Origin: Candidatus Proelusimicrobium volucris
Lineage (GTDB): Bacteria > Elusimicrobiota > Elusimicrobia > Elusimicrobiales > Elusimicrobiaceae
Reading direction: 5' to 3'
Length of the DNA stretch: 64,000 nt
NCBI GenBank assembly: GCA_944324665.1
Contig: CALUXD010000002.1
Span: forward strand, 352,694 to 416,693
Shown here: piece by piece, positions 18,153 to 28,123 of the stretch
How positions within the stretch are numbered: position 1 is the first letter of the stretch
Layout of the letters: each line of letters starts with the position of its first letter
Notes under the pieces: model-generated
The model's database searches: none
Told to the model about the DNA's origin: nothing
What the model saw: only the letters and a program-made list of their open reading frames with translations
Program-made: the position numbers and the translations under genes

Positions 18153-21100
18153 ATGAATAAACATATGTATAATATAGCAAGGAAATCAATATCATTGATA
18201 TTATCCGGTGTATTGCTTTTTGAGTGCAATGCTCCGGCATTGGCGTTAGACTATGGGAATATTTCTTATGATTCGCAAGCGCTTGAGCTTGAAGAAAAAA
18301 TAGATAATGCTTATATAAAAGAAAACACTTCCGTAGGGCAATATGATGCCGTAATCGCTAAGGAAGTAGCCAAGCAGAAAGAAATAATAAAGCCTTTGGC
18401 AGAAAAGATGGTTTCATATAGGGCGGCCGGCAATAAGAAGTATGGCGGCAACTTTTTTAGGGCTTCGGCTTATACAGGTGCGGTTTCTACGAATACCGTG
18501 GGAAAATTGGTCTATGAATTAAAGAGGTTCTTAGCCGGTTTTTATGCCCAACGCAGAATAATGCCTTTTAACGAATTTAAGAAACAATATTCCGAATTTA
18601 TCACTAATGAAGCTAAGCAGTATGCTAAAGAGAATAACTACACCTTTAACTCCAATAACTCTACCGTAAACGATATCGTCAAGGAAATAGAGAAACAGTA
18701 TCCTGCGCAGAAGATGTATAAGGAGTATGTAAGTATAGCGCAGAAAGAACTTAATTGGTACAAGGCCCACGAACAGAAACTAAACGAAGCCGCTTACCAA
18801 ATTTTGAGAGAATATGTAAAAGCCTTGGGCGTCAATATGAATTATGAAGCCGCCCGCTTGCTGTTAAACTTAAAGATTAACAATAAAGACGTGGTAACCT
18901 CTGCCGAAAAGCAGGAACTCTACAACTATATAACCTCTAGAATTAAAGAAGTAGATTTAAAATCTGCTTTTGACTTTGGCATTTTAAAATCCAATAAAAA
19001 AGGCAGAACGAAAGTCGCTGGCAAAATGCTTCAGGACATCATAGACCTTATGATGTTGGGCGTTTATGTAGTTCCGCAGAACGATTCCGCCTATTCGGAA
19101 GCGGTAGTATCTTTAATAGATAAAAGTATGGATACGGCGGCGTTTCCGCATATTCTTAATGCCGGTTTTTCCGCATTGCTGACATTAAAACGTTATGATA
19201 AATTAAATATTATTTTAGATAAATATACGAATATTGAAGCGAAGGGAACATCTTTTGTTGATGCGCTCTCTTTTCAATTTTTTGTAGATTCTTTTAACAA
19301 TATTCAAGGCAACTATTTGCGCGGCGCCGCTTCAAAGGGGGCGCAATACACCACGGAATATGGGTACAGAAACGCGTTTGAAGATATTGCCGTATTGTTG
19401 GCTGAGGAGGGCTCTAAAGACAGCTTGGCTCTTTTAAAGAAATACGGCGTCAATAATAATAGGCCGATAATGCCGTTCCTGGCGGGCGCGTTGCTGGCCG
19501 GTAAAGCCGGGGCCCAAGCCAGTGAATCTTCTAAGAAGATGGGTTTGGATCCCGATTCCTACTTGGCGTTGAAAATCGCCAACACTTCAATGGGAGATTT
19601 GACTTTGACGCAGGAAAGCGATTTGGATATGGCTTTACTGTTGAAGTATCCCGCTATCAAATCGCATTTGGGCAGCGGCGCGATAGTAAATCAAAACAGC
19701 AAAAATTCCAAAAAGACTTCCCGTAAGGTTTATGATTACGCCAGTAACGCGGCAATGGCCGGTGATGTGGCGTTTATGGTATGGGCTACCTTTGACTTGG
19801 TAAGGCTGGCCGGTAAAGCCGTATCTTTGGGCAAAGCGACATATATGGCCGGGAAGATAGCGAAAATAACCGATCCTGCGCTCAGGCTTAAAGCTACTTT
19901 GGGCAATATGTCAAAAATTAGGCCCTACGTATCTGCGCGTTTGGCATTGAGAGGTTTTTCTGGACGTGTTAAAGGCGCGATGGCTGGCGTTGTTCTTGCC
20001 CAGAGGAATTTATATACTTCCGAGGCTTTGCCTGCGGTAGTTGGCGGCGGCGCGGCGAATACGACCGTGGCCAAGGCTTTGGCTACTACTTCATTCGATA
20101 TGGGAAAAGGCGGTTTGGTAATAGACAAAGCGGCGGCTTATAAGGCCTCGGCCGGCGCTCCTAACAGAGTGTTGGACATAATGAATACCCAGAAGGCTTT
20201 AAACGTAGCAAATGCTAATGCGACGCAGAAATTCTTTGCCAAGAGCTTCTTTGAGAAATATAAAAAATATCCCAATATCCTTGCCAGAGAAACCAGAAAC
20301 GCTTTCCGTCAGAGCAATTTCAGAGGCCGCAATTTTGAAGCGGCGATGGATTTCGGTTATAACTTAAAGGGCTTGGTACCCGGTATCCAAACACCTGAGA
20401 GAGCTTCCGCCATGGCACATATAAATTGGCTTTCCAGACCTTTAGGCACTACTGCGAAAGGTACCGGTTCCTTGGAGCTTTTCTACAGAGCGTCTGAGGC
20501 GGACGACCCTATGCCTTTGCCCGTGAATATAACTTTGGGCGAGAAGAAAATCCCCAACATTAAAGCCGATAAAGTAAGCAATGTATTATTGACCGGTCAA
20601 GAAAATGCGGCTTTCAAATTGGCTTTTGAACATGAAAATGTACTCGTCAACCCGACATTCTTTAAAGTCGGATTGGATAACGAAAATTTCGCGAATTTGG
20701 CCAGATTGACTTTGGGCGGCACAAAAGAGCTTAAAATCAAACTTTTGGCGGAAAATACCAGCCTTGCCGCCAGAAGCAAGAACTGGTTTTTAGATCTGTT
20801 CCGCAATAAGGACAAAATAATGTCCGGTACAGGTTCGGTCTGGATAAAAGAAGGTTCTGCGTTGCGCTCTACGCCTATCAAGTTGTCTACGCACAAGGAT
20901 TTTAACGGCGTAAAGGTTCTAATAGATGAAAACAATAAGGTAAGCATACTTGGAAGGAGTGCTATGGGCGCGAAACCTACTCCTTTTACCTATCCTTATT
21001 CTTTCTCTATACCTAAGAGTGAGCTGCCCGTATTTACGCAGTATGCTAAACTGGGCAATTTCAATACTCCGCTCAATATAACGCTTAACGGCGCCAGAGA

Positions 21101-22841
21101 TAAGGTAAACACCTTATATGCCGTACAGTTCCTTTCGCTCAGTGCGGCGTCTACGGGTCTTATCGGGCCTTTAAGACAGAACTATCCGGAAATGAGCAAT
21201 ACTCAGGAATCCTTGATAACGGTAGCTTTGCCTTATCTTCCGAGTTTCCTTTCTCCGTTTTGGGCGCCTTTCGTAAAGAGATTCGGCTCCGCAAATATGA
21301 TGAAGGTCAGCTTGGGCCTTGCGGCCAGCTCTTTGGCACTTTCTACGGCGACAGGGTTTGGCGGCTGGAGCGACGCTAATATTTACAACTTGGACAAACC
21401 GTCCTTGACGCCTTTGCTGTTTAGCGCGGGTTTTATAGGATTGTCTTCCTCTTTAACGAGAGCCGCTTTTAACCCCTTGATGAAAGAAATGGGCGGCGGC
21501 GGCGGATTGCTCAGGGGTATGATGTATAAAAACTTGAGCTCTTTTGCTATGCTTTTGCCTCCGGCGGTTTTCACAGTTTGGGATGCGGTTGATCCCCGCT
21601 ATTATACCGATACCGGCAAGATAGACGGAAATCCGATTGTTTTCCAAGGCGATGATGTTTACGGGACGGACGGTTCTTTGGTAATTGCAAAAGGCCAACC
21701 GATAGTTGACAAAGACGGATTACCCTTAAAACACAGTCATGTTGACTTCTCAATATCCAATCCCGTACTTTTGGGTATAACCGGTGCTATCTTATATAAA
21801 TTCCATACGGCGCACATGTCCAGGCTGATAGGCGCTGTTCCGGGCTATACTCTTGGCCAATCTATAAAGCCTTTGGCCGGCAATTCCAAATTCATGTATT
21901 ATTTCAACAATAACTTATACAGGCCTACTTTTGGGGTGTTGAAAGAAAGCGTGAATTCCACAAAAGTAATGTTCAGGAAAGAAGTGTGGCCGATAACGGC
22001 AGCCGGATTTGGCGCTTTGGGCGTGGAAGCCTCGTTATTTAACAAATATAGTCAGAACGAGGCAAACAACTACCTTACGGATGTGCGTTTATTGGGAGTA
22101 AATGTGGGCGATCCGGTTCTGAGGCCTATAGCCGCAACTTTCTTGCTGGCGGTGCCGCAATTCTTAGTAAGATACAAATCCAAACCGCTGATTGCGAAAC
22201 TTGGCGGGGAGTCTAATCCTCTTACTTATAAGAAACTGATAGGGCTCTCATTGGGTTCGGCCGCGGCCGGTACGGCGCTGTTGGCGACGGAAGATAACTT
22301 CTGGACTTTCGCGGCGGGTATGTCCTTGCTGGGTATGGGTTTTGCCAATACGACTAACGGCTTCTTGATGATCGGCGAAAACAACCTTAAACGCGCAAAA
22401 GTGGCCGAAAGTATTCTTACGGATTGGAAAGTTGCCTATCCTGCGGTACACGTCGGTATGTCTTTAATACCGCTGGCGCATAACTACGTTTCCGATAATG
22501 AAGTGGCAAACAACCCAGAAGGCGTTACCAAACTGCAGGCTATGCAGAACAACATTTGGATACCGGCCGCGGTATTGGGCGGTACCACTTTGGGATTCCT
22601 CAAAGGTGCGGACTTGATAAAAGCGGGACGCGTAGCCAATATGTTTACGCCGGTCAAACATGGTGCGGCGATGGGTGTTCCGTACTTTATGTTAGACAGG
22701 TGGAATACCAATTTGTTCAAACCGAGTTTTACGCCTAATTTTGCTCAGCCTAGTTTTGACTTCAAACCTTTGGGCGTACCGGCTTATAATTTGAACAATA
22801 TAAACACATCTTCTTTAAATCTTGAAGAAAGCGAAAAATAA
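18153..22841 (+). CDS. Giant envelope protein (1,562 aa), family member 2
   Basis: Uninterrupted 4.7-kb ORF. AAGGTGA SD before the ATG at 18153. Collinear similarity to member 1, including LYAVQFLSLSAAST, FLSPFWAPFVKR.GSANM and GMGFANTTNG. Confidence 0.8.
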   Translation: MNKHMYNIARKSISLILSGVLLFECNAPALALDYGNISYDSQALELEEKIDNAYIKENTSVGQYDAVIAKEVAKQKEIIKPLAEKMVSYRAAGNKKYGGNFFRASAYTGAVSTNTVGKLVYELKRFLAGFYAQRRIMPFNEFKKQYSEFITNEAKQYAKENNYTFNSNNSTVNDIVKEIEKQYPAQKMYKEYVSIAQKELNWYKAHEQKLNEAAYQILREYVKALGVNMNYEAARLLLNLKINNKDVVTSAEKQELYNYITSRIKEVDLKSAFDFGILKSNKKGRTKVAGKMLQDIIDLMMLGVYVVPQNDSAYSEAVVSLIDKSMDTAAFPHILNAGFSALLTLKRYDKLNIILDKYTNIEAKGTSFVDALSFQFFVDSFNNIQGNYLRGAASKGAQYTTEYGYRNAFEDIAVLLAEEGSKDSLALLKKYGVNNNRPIMPFLAGALLAGKAGAQASESSKKMGLDPDSYLALKIANTSMGDLTLTQESDLDMALLLKYPAIKSHLGSGAIVNQNSKNSKKTSRKVYDYASNAAMAGDVAFMVWATFDLVRLAGKAVSLGKATYMAGKIAKITDPALRLKATLGNMSKIRPYVSARLALRGFSGRVKGAMAGVVLAQRNLYTSEALPAVVGGGAANTTVAKALATTSFDMGKGGLVIDKAAAYKASAGAPNRVLDIMNTQKALNVANANATQKFFAKSFFEKYKKYPNILARETRNAFRQSNFRGRNFEAAMDFGYNLKGLVPGIQTPERASAMAHINWLSRPLGTTAKGTGSLELFYRASEADDPMPLPVNITLGEKKIPNIKADKVSNVLLTGQENAAFKLAFEHENVLVNPTFFKVGLDNENFANLARLTLGGTKELKIKLLAENTSLAARSKNWFLDLFRNKDKIMSGTGSVWIKEGSALRSTPIKLSTHKDFNGVKVLIDENNKVSILGRSAMGAKPTPFTYPYSFSIPKSELPVFTQYAKLGNFNTPLNITLNGARDKVNTLYAVQFLSLSAASTGLIGPLRQNYPEMSNTQESLITVALPYLPSFLSPFWAPFVKRFGSANMMKVSLGLAASSLALSTATGFGGWSDANIYNLDKPSLTPLLFSAGFIGLSSSLTRAAFNPLMKEMGGGGGLLRGMMYKNLSSFAMLLPPAVFTVWDAVDPRYYTDTGKIDGNPIVFQGDDVYGTDGSLVIAKGQPIVDKDGLPLKHSHVDFSISNPVLLGITGAILYKFHTAHMSRLIGAVPGYTLGQSIKPLAGNSKFMYYFNNNLYRPTFGVLKESVNSTKVMFRKEVWPITAAGFGALGVEASLFNKYSQNEANNYLTDVRLLGVNVGDPVLRPIAATFLLAVPQFLVRYKSKPLIAKLGGESNPLTYKKLIGLSLGSAAAGTALLATEDNFWTFAAGMSLLGMGFANTTNGFLMIGENNLKRAKVAESILTDWKVAYPAVHVGMSLIPLAHNYVSDNEVANNPEGVTKLQAMQNNIWIPAAVLGGTTLGFLKGADLIKAGRVANMFTPVKHGAAMGVPYFMLDRWNTNLFKPSFTPNFAQPSFDFKPLGVPAYNLNNINTSSLNLEESEK

Positions 22842-22859
22842 GTTTGCTTTAGAGATAAG

Positions 22860-22888
22860 AAGGGCCGCATTTGAGGCGGCCCTTTTTT
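22860..22888 (+). terminator. Rho-independent terminator of giant gene 2
   Basis: Stem aagggccgc / gcggccctt with a 7-nt loop and a T-run. Confidence 0.85.
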
Positions 22889-23036
22889 ATCGGGCTTTTT
22901 AATAAGGCGATAAAACCTTTGTAAACTAGAATTTTTTGTTTTTCCGCATATTTCGATTAAGGCAAAGGGCAAATTTTGGAATCCCCCCTCTGCCTTGCGG
23001 TCTTTGCCAGATTTATTTAATATAATTTAAAGTGAT

Positions 23037-23780
23037 ATGAATATTATGCTTGAATTATACAGAAAAATAAAAAAAAGAGCTTACGCCCTGCTTAACGCGG
23101 GCTGGTTTGTAAGTTTCATATTGGTATTGATATTCCTCAATATCCCGCTTTCGATTTTTTCGCTTTCCGGCAGTCTTACGCCAGATGATATTATCGCGAT
23201 AGAATTTTGCGATCTTCTTATAACGATAGTATTTTCGATTGAATATATTTTAAGGCTTTGGACGGCGGATTTATCTCCGTATTACAAGGGCAGCCGTCTG
23301 CGTTTTGCCCTGCGCCCGGAAATGATTATAGACTTTTTGGCTATAGTTCCGATGGTATACATCAACATTAAGCCTTTAAGAGCGCTTAGATTTTTAAGAC
23401 TCTTCAGAATATTGAAACTTGTAGAATATTCCCAGCCGCTTAAATTAATGCTGAAGGTAATATATCAGAATATGGACTCGTTGGTAACCACTGCTTTTGT
23501 TATGGGTTTTCTGCTTACGATAAATTCGTTTTTGATTTATTATTTTGAGCATGATGCCCAACCTGAGGTTTTTAAGAATATATATGACGCCATTTGGTTT
23601 ACGGCTATGACGTTTTGTCAGGCGGGTGCGGATATATCGGTTGTAACTCAGGCGGGAAAATTCCTTAAGATACTCACGGCGTTTTCCGGGATAATGCTTT
23701 TTGCGGTATATTCCGGTATATTTTCTTCTGGTTTTATGAATGCGCGCAAGGCCGCCAAGGAGAAGAAGGAAAATGCCTGA
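23037..23780 (+). CDS. Six-TM voltage-sensor-type ion channel family protein with an atypical pore
   Basis: S4-like LRALRFLRLFRILKLV with a basic residue at every third position. The pore region reads WFTAMTFCQAGAD where K+ channels have TVGYGD. Confidence 0.75.
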   Translation: MNIMLELYRKIKKRAYALLNAGWFVSFILVLIFLNIPLSIFSLSGSLTPDDIIAIEFCDLLITIVFSIEYILRLWTADLSPYYKGSRLRFALRPEMIIDFLAIVPMVYINIKPLRALRFLRLFRILKLVEYSQPLKLMLKVIYQNMDSLVTTAFVMGFLLTINSFLIYYFEHDAQPEVFKNIYDAIWFTAMTFCQAGADISVVTQAGKFLKILTAFSGIMLFAVYSGIFSSGFMNARKAAKEKKENA

Positions 23781-25188
23781 TGGCGGATTTATAGAGAACT
23801 ACACAAGGAACAGAACTTTTGCTTTTTTCATAGTGGTTATAGGCAATTTTATAGGCGCGCTGGATTCCAGCGTGGTAAATATAGCTTTGCCGGTGATGTC
23901 GAAATATTTTAATGTCGGCCTGATAGAAATACAGTGGATAGTAACAATATACTGTTTGGGGATAGTAAGCATTTTGCCCATAAGCAGCAAGTTGGGCAAC
24001 AAATATGGACAGAACAGGGTATACAGCTGGGGTTTTATGCTTTTTGGGGTAGGCTCCTTATTATGCGCTTGTTCGACTTTTCTTTTGGCTTTGATAGTAT
24101 CTCGTTTTATACAGGCTTTGGGCGCGGCGATGCTGTTTGCTTTGGCGCAGGGCGTGGTGGCGAGTATGTTCACCGGTGTGAAGCGGGGCCAATTTTTGGG
24201 TATGATAGGCTCCGTAGTGGCTTTGGGCAATATAACGGGGCCTAGTTTGGGCGGTATGCTTTTGGATGCGTTTGGCTGGCAGTCTTTATTCTACATAAAT
24301 TTGCCTTTGGCGGCCTTTGGCGCCTATTTCGCATATAAGACGCTGCCAAGCGTAAAAAGACGCAAATTAGGTAAAATAAACTTAAATTCGGCCATTCTGT
24401 TTATAGTTTTGAGCATGTGCTTCTTTACCGCGCTTTCTTTGGCTGAAAAAGCCGGTTTTACCAGCCCGCACATATTGTTTATGTTAACGCTCTCGGCTAT
24501 ATTGGGCATAGTGCTTTACAGACACGAAAGAAAAACCAAAACCCCTCTTTTAAATTTGAGTTTATATTCCAACAAGGTGTTTGCTTACGGCAATATGGCG
24601 ATGATGTTGGTGTTCATCGCGATCAACGTCAACGGTCTGCTGATACCGTTTTATTTGCAGGATATATACGGTTTAAGCGCGTTCAAAACGGGTACTTTAA
24701 TACTGTTTTACTCTGTTCCTTTGATAGTTGTGGCGCCGATAAGCGGTTGGCTTTCTGGCAAAATAGGTTCAAGGAAACTTACCGTTTGTTCGATGATAGT
24801 AGTTATCTGCGGTTTATTGTGGTATATGGGATTGGGGGCGGAGTTTAAGGAATATCAAATTATTCTTGGACAAATGATATTGGGTATAGGTAACGGAATG
24901 TTTAATTCTCCCAATAATAACAGCATAATGAGTGCGATAGAACGAAAATACTACAATGACGCCAGCGGTTTAAACTCTTTGGCGAGGAATACGGGGATAG
25001 TCGTGGGGGTGGCTCTTACGGTGAATATTTTTGACGGTTTGCTTAATTTGTTTCAAAATGGCGGGGCGGACCATATTTCTGCGTTTATATCGGCCTATCA
25101 TTTAACTTTGATTTTGGCGATAGTTACCGCGGCTGCGGCGGGAGTGCTATCGTATCTCGGCAAGGAGCCCGACAGAAAGCTGCTTTAA
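23773..25188 (+). CDS. MFS transporter, DHA2 (14-TM, EmrB/QacA-like) family
   Basis: ~14 hydrophobic helices with MFS-like loops (LGNKYGQNRVY). The ATG at 23773 follows AAGGA and overlaps the upstream stop. Confidence 0.8.
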   Translation: MPDGGFIENYTRNRTFAFFIVVIGNFIGALDSSVVNIALPVMSKYFNVGLIEIQWIVTIYCLGIVSILPISSKLGNKYGQNRVYSWGFMLFGVGSLLCACSTFLLALIVSRFIQALGAAMLFALAQGVVASMFTGVKRGQFLGMIGSVVALGNITGPSLGGMLLDAFGWQSLFYINLPLAAFGAYFAYKTLPSVKRRKLGKINLNSAILFIVLSMCFFTALSLAEKAGFTSPHILFMLTLSAILGIVLYRHERKTKTPLLNLSLYSNKVFAYGNMAMMLVFIAINVNGLLIPFYLQDIYGLSAFKTGTLILFYSVPLIVVAPISGWLSGKIGSRKLTVCSMIVVICGLLWYMGLGAEFKEYQIILGQMILGIGNGMFNSPNNNSIMSAIERKYYNDASGLNSLARNTGIVVGVALTVNIFDGLLNLFQNGGADHISAFISAYHLTLILAIVTAAAAGVLSYLGKEPDRKLL

Positions 25189-25205
25189 TTTGCCAGATGA
25201 AAAGC

Positions 25206-25236
25206 AAAACCGCCTGCCCAAAAAGCAAGCGGTTTT
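25206..25236. terminator. Hairpin between the convergent MFS and permease genes
   Basis: Arms aaaaccgc / gcggtttt with a 15-nt loop and T-rich flanks. Confidence 0.55.
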
Positions 25237-25241
25237 ATTTT

Positions 25242-26591
25242 TTAAGAACGGGTTGATAGCCTCTCTTTCTTCGCTTTTAGAAATATCGGTATTCCTATCG
25301 CAAAGAATATTGCCGCCATTGCCAAATATTTAAGATTGGCCGCGTAAATCAGCCATATCGCATATATGGAGCCCAATATTCCTGTAATCATTATTTTGAC
25401 GCGGCTTATCCCCCATTCGCTTTTATAATGTTTTCTGCGGCCGTTTTGAATCAAATAGATAGTGGTTACCAGATAGGCGGGCAAAATCATTACGGCGGTT
25501 ATGTTTAGCATAGTTTCCCAAGCATTTGCCGAGAAAAACGCTATAAAAAGGGCCGCCTGCATACATATCGTGGTAATCAGTAGAGAGAAAGTCGGCGCGG
25601 CGTTTTCGTTCTCTCTGGCGAAGGCTTTGGGGAATGTGCCCTCTTTTGCCGCCGCGTAAGGCGCTTCTATTGAGATCAACTCCCAAGAAAGCCAAGCGAA
25701 AAGCACCGATATAATCAAGCCCAAATTCATTATAATCGCACCCGCCTTGCCTATCGCCGCCTCCAATACCCCGGCGGTCGAAGGATTGGCGTAGGAGGCT
25801 ATGTCCTCTCTTGCCAAAAAGCCGAAAGGAAGCAGGGAAATTAACATATATACGGCCAAACAGGACAAGAATCCCAACAAAGTGGCTTTGGCTACATCGC
25901 TTTGCTTTTTTGCTCTGCCGGAGAGCACCACCGCCGATTCTATCCCGATAAAGCACCACAGCGTTACCACCATAGTGGAACGGACATTTCCCATCAATTC
26001 TTTTACGCTGAAAGAGCCCGATAGAATATTGGCCGTCAAAGCCTCTTTGAAGACGTCCCACTTAAACATTACGAAAGCCGCAATTATAAAAAATATCAGC
26101 GGCATAATTTTTGCTATCGTGCCGAATAAATTCACCAAAGCCGCCGTTTTTATACCCTTTCTTATCAAGATCATAAAAGACCATATTATCAGGCTTGAGA
26201 GCAGAAGCGCATTTAAATTGTTCCCCCCTTCGAAATAGGGCGGGAAGAAGTAATTTAAGGCTTCCATCATGATTACCGCCATCGCTATATTGGAAAATAC
26301 GTTCGAAAGCCAATATCCCCAAGCGATAAAAAAGCCCGTCCTTTTGCCGAACCCGTCCTTTGCATAGGCGAATATACCTGCCGTCAGCTTCGGCTTAATG
26401 TTGGATAATATTCTAAAGGTTTCTGCTATAAAGAACATACCCAGCCCGGTTATAATCCATGCCGTAAGTACGGCGTCGGCCGGGGCAGCCGCGGCCATAT
26501 TCTGCGGAAGCGAGAATACGCCCGATCCCATCATGGAGCTTACGACAAGCCCGCAAAGGCCCGCTATGCCAAGTTTCATTGAGGTTTTCAT
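25242..26591 (-). CDS. APC-superfamily basic amino acid/polyamine antiporter (APA family, ArcD-like), copy 2
   Basis: N-terminal SSMMGSGVFSLPQNMA signature and ~12-13 TM helices. The ATG at 26591 overlaps the upstream TGA (ATGA). Confidence 0.85.
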   Translation of the reverse strand: MKTSMKLGIAGLCGLVVSSMMGSGVFSLPQNMAAAAPADAVLTAWIITGLGMFFIAETFRILSNIKPKLTAGIFAYAKDGFGKRTGFFIAWGYWLSNVFSNIAMAVIMMEALNYFFPPYFEGGNNLNALLLSSLIIWSFMILIRKGIKTAALVNLFGTIAKIMPLIFFIIAAFVMFKWDVFKEALTANILSGSFSVKELMGNVRSTMVVTLWCFIGIESAVVLSGRAKKQSDVAKATLLGFLSCLAVYMLISLLPFGFLAREDIASYANPSTAGVLEAAIGKAGAIIMNLGLIISVLFAWLSWELISIEAPYAAAKEGTFPKAFARENENAAPTFSLLITTICMQAALFIAFFSANAWETMLNITAVMILPAYLVTTIYLIQNGRRKHYKSEWGISRVKIMITGILGSIYAIWLIYAANLKYLAMAAIFFAIGIPIFLKAKKERLSTRS

Positions 26592-27973
26592 TTGCTTTCC
26601 TTTCTTTGTTTGGCGGCGGCCCAATATACGGGTATGCCCGCGGCGAAGAATATAACCGCCATCGCCAAATATTTGAGATTGGCCGCATAAATCAGCCATA
26701 AAGAGTATATTATCCCGACAGAGCCTATAAATATCGCTTTGGGACGGCTGACTTTACAGGTCTGGCTGAATTTCTTCTTGCGTGATATTTTAAACAGGTA
26801 CAATGTCGTTATAAAATATACCGGCAGTATCATAACGCTGGTAATGCTGAGCATGGTATTCCACGCGTCGGCGGAAAAGAAGGCTATCAACAAAGTTATT
26901 TGCGTGGTAATAGTGGTTATCAGAAGCGAAAACACTGGTACTTCTTTTTTGTTTTCTTTCAAGAAGGCTTTTGGGTACAAGCCCTTGCCCGCCGCGCTGA
27001 AAGGTACTTCCGTAGCGATTATTACCCAGGACAGCCAAGAAAATAAAACCGATACCATAAGCCCCAATATCATTATCAGTCCGCCGGTTTTGCCGATAAT
27101 TTGCTCCAATACGCCCGCCGTAGAGGGGTTGGGAAAAGCCGCTACCGCCCCCCTTTGCAGTATGCCCAGCGGCAAAAGCGAGATAAGAATATAACATATC
27201 AGGCAGATAAGAAAGCCGCCCAAGGTGGCGCGGGAAACGTCCTTTTTCCGTTTCGCCCTGCTGGATAATACCACCGCCGTTTCCACCCCGATAAAAGCCC
27301 ATATCGTTACCAGCATGGTATTCTTTATTTCCGCCATCATAAAAGAGAAGCTGAACTCCGGTGAATGTATGGTGTTTAGTATGTCGGTTTTTATTGTGTC
27401 GAGGTCAAAAGCTATTAAACATACGGCGATGAAGATGAATACCGGCACCAATTTGAAACAGGTACCTATGAAATTGACTATCGTGGCGGTTTTTATCCCT
27501 CGGAGAATTAAAATATAAAACAGCCATATTATCGCGGTGGAAAGCAAAAGCGAGTTTAAATTGTTTCCGCCCTCAAAATACGGCGGGAAGAAATAATTTA
27601 AAGCTTCCATCAAAATTACGGCAAGCCCCGTGTTTGCGCATATATTGCAAAGCCAATAGCCCCACGCTATAAAAAAGCCTGCCCCCGGCCCAAAGCCTTC
27701 CTGCGCATAGGCATATATCCCGGAAGCCATTTCCGGCTTGATTTTGGCCAAAAGATGAAAAGTATACACTATGCAGAACATTCCCAGCCCGGTAATCAGC
27801 CAGGCCGCTATTATAGAGGCCGCGCCCGCGCCCTGCGCCATATTTTGCGGCAGGGAGTAAACGCCCGAACCTATCATAGAACTTATTACCACTCCGATTA
27901 AACCCCAAAGAGTGAGTTTAACGGTATAATTTTTGTCTGTTTTTACAGCCGCTTCGTCAGGATACTCTTTCAT
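26588..27973 (-). CDS. APC-superfamily basic amino acid/polyamine antiporter (APA family, ArcD-like), copy 1
   Basis: SSMIGSGVYSLPQNMA signature. Collinear paralogue of the downstream gene. I prefer the ATG at 27973; the track's TTG at 27997 is possible. Confidence 0.8.
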   Translation of the reverse strand: MKEYPDEAAVKTDKNYTVKLTLWGLIGVVISSMIGSGVYSLPQNMAQGAGAASIIAAWLITGLGMFCIVYTFHLLAKIKPEMASGIYAYAQEGFGPGAGFFIAWGYWLCNICANTGLAVILMEALNYFFPPYFEGGNNLNSLLLSTAIIWLFYILILRGIKTATIVNFIGTCFKLVPVFIFIAVCLIAFDLDTIKTDILNTIHSPEFSFSFMMAEIKNTMLVTIWAFIGVETAVVLSSRAKRKKDVSRATLGGFLICLICYILISLLPLGILQRGAVAAFPNPSTAGVLEQIIGKTGGLIMILGLMVSVLFSWLSWVIIATEVPFSAAGKGLYPKAFLKENKKEVPVFSLLITTITTQITLLIAFFSADAWNTMLSITSVMILPVYFITTLYLFKISRKKKFSQTCKVSRPKAIFIGSVGIIYSLWLIYAANLKYLAMAVIFFAAGIPVYWAAAKQRKESK

Positions 27974-28123
27974 CTCTCGTAACTTTACACCTTCCAATAA
28001 AAAAAATAAGCGTTTAAAAAAACGCTAATAGAAATTTTACTAAATTTTGATATTTTCTTTTATATATTTTTCCCAATCTTTTTAAAGCTCCTTGTGCTGT
28101 ATATAATATCTAAAACTGCAATA

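Noticed and set aside
21489-21503. (GGC)4-like run encoding GGGG in giant protein 2
   Set aside because: It is short and in frame, and it corresponds to a Gly-rich loop also present in the paralogue (GGGAG). It is not a convincing contingency repeat.
25423-26061. 212-aa ORF in an alternative frame of the first APA permease gene, and similar ORFs at 26790-27302 and 27573-27908
   Set aside because: They lie on the same strand but out of frame with clearly recognisable 12-TM permease genes. Their Gly/Arg-rich composition is typical of off-frame translation.
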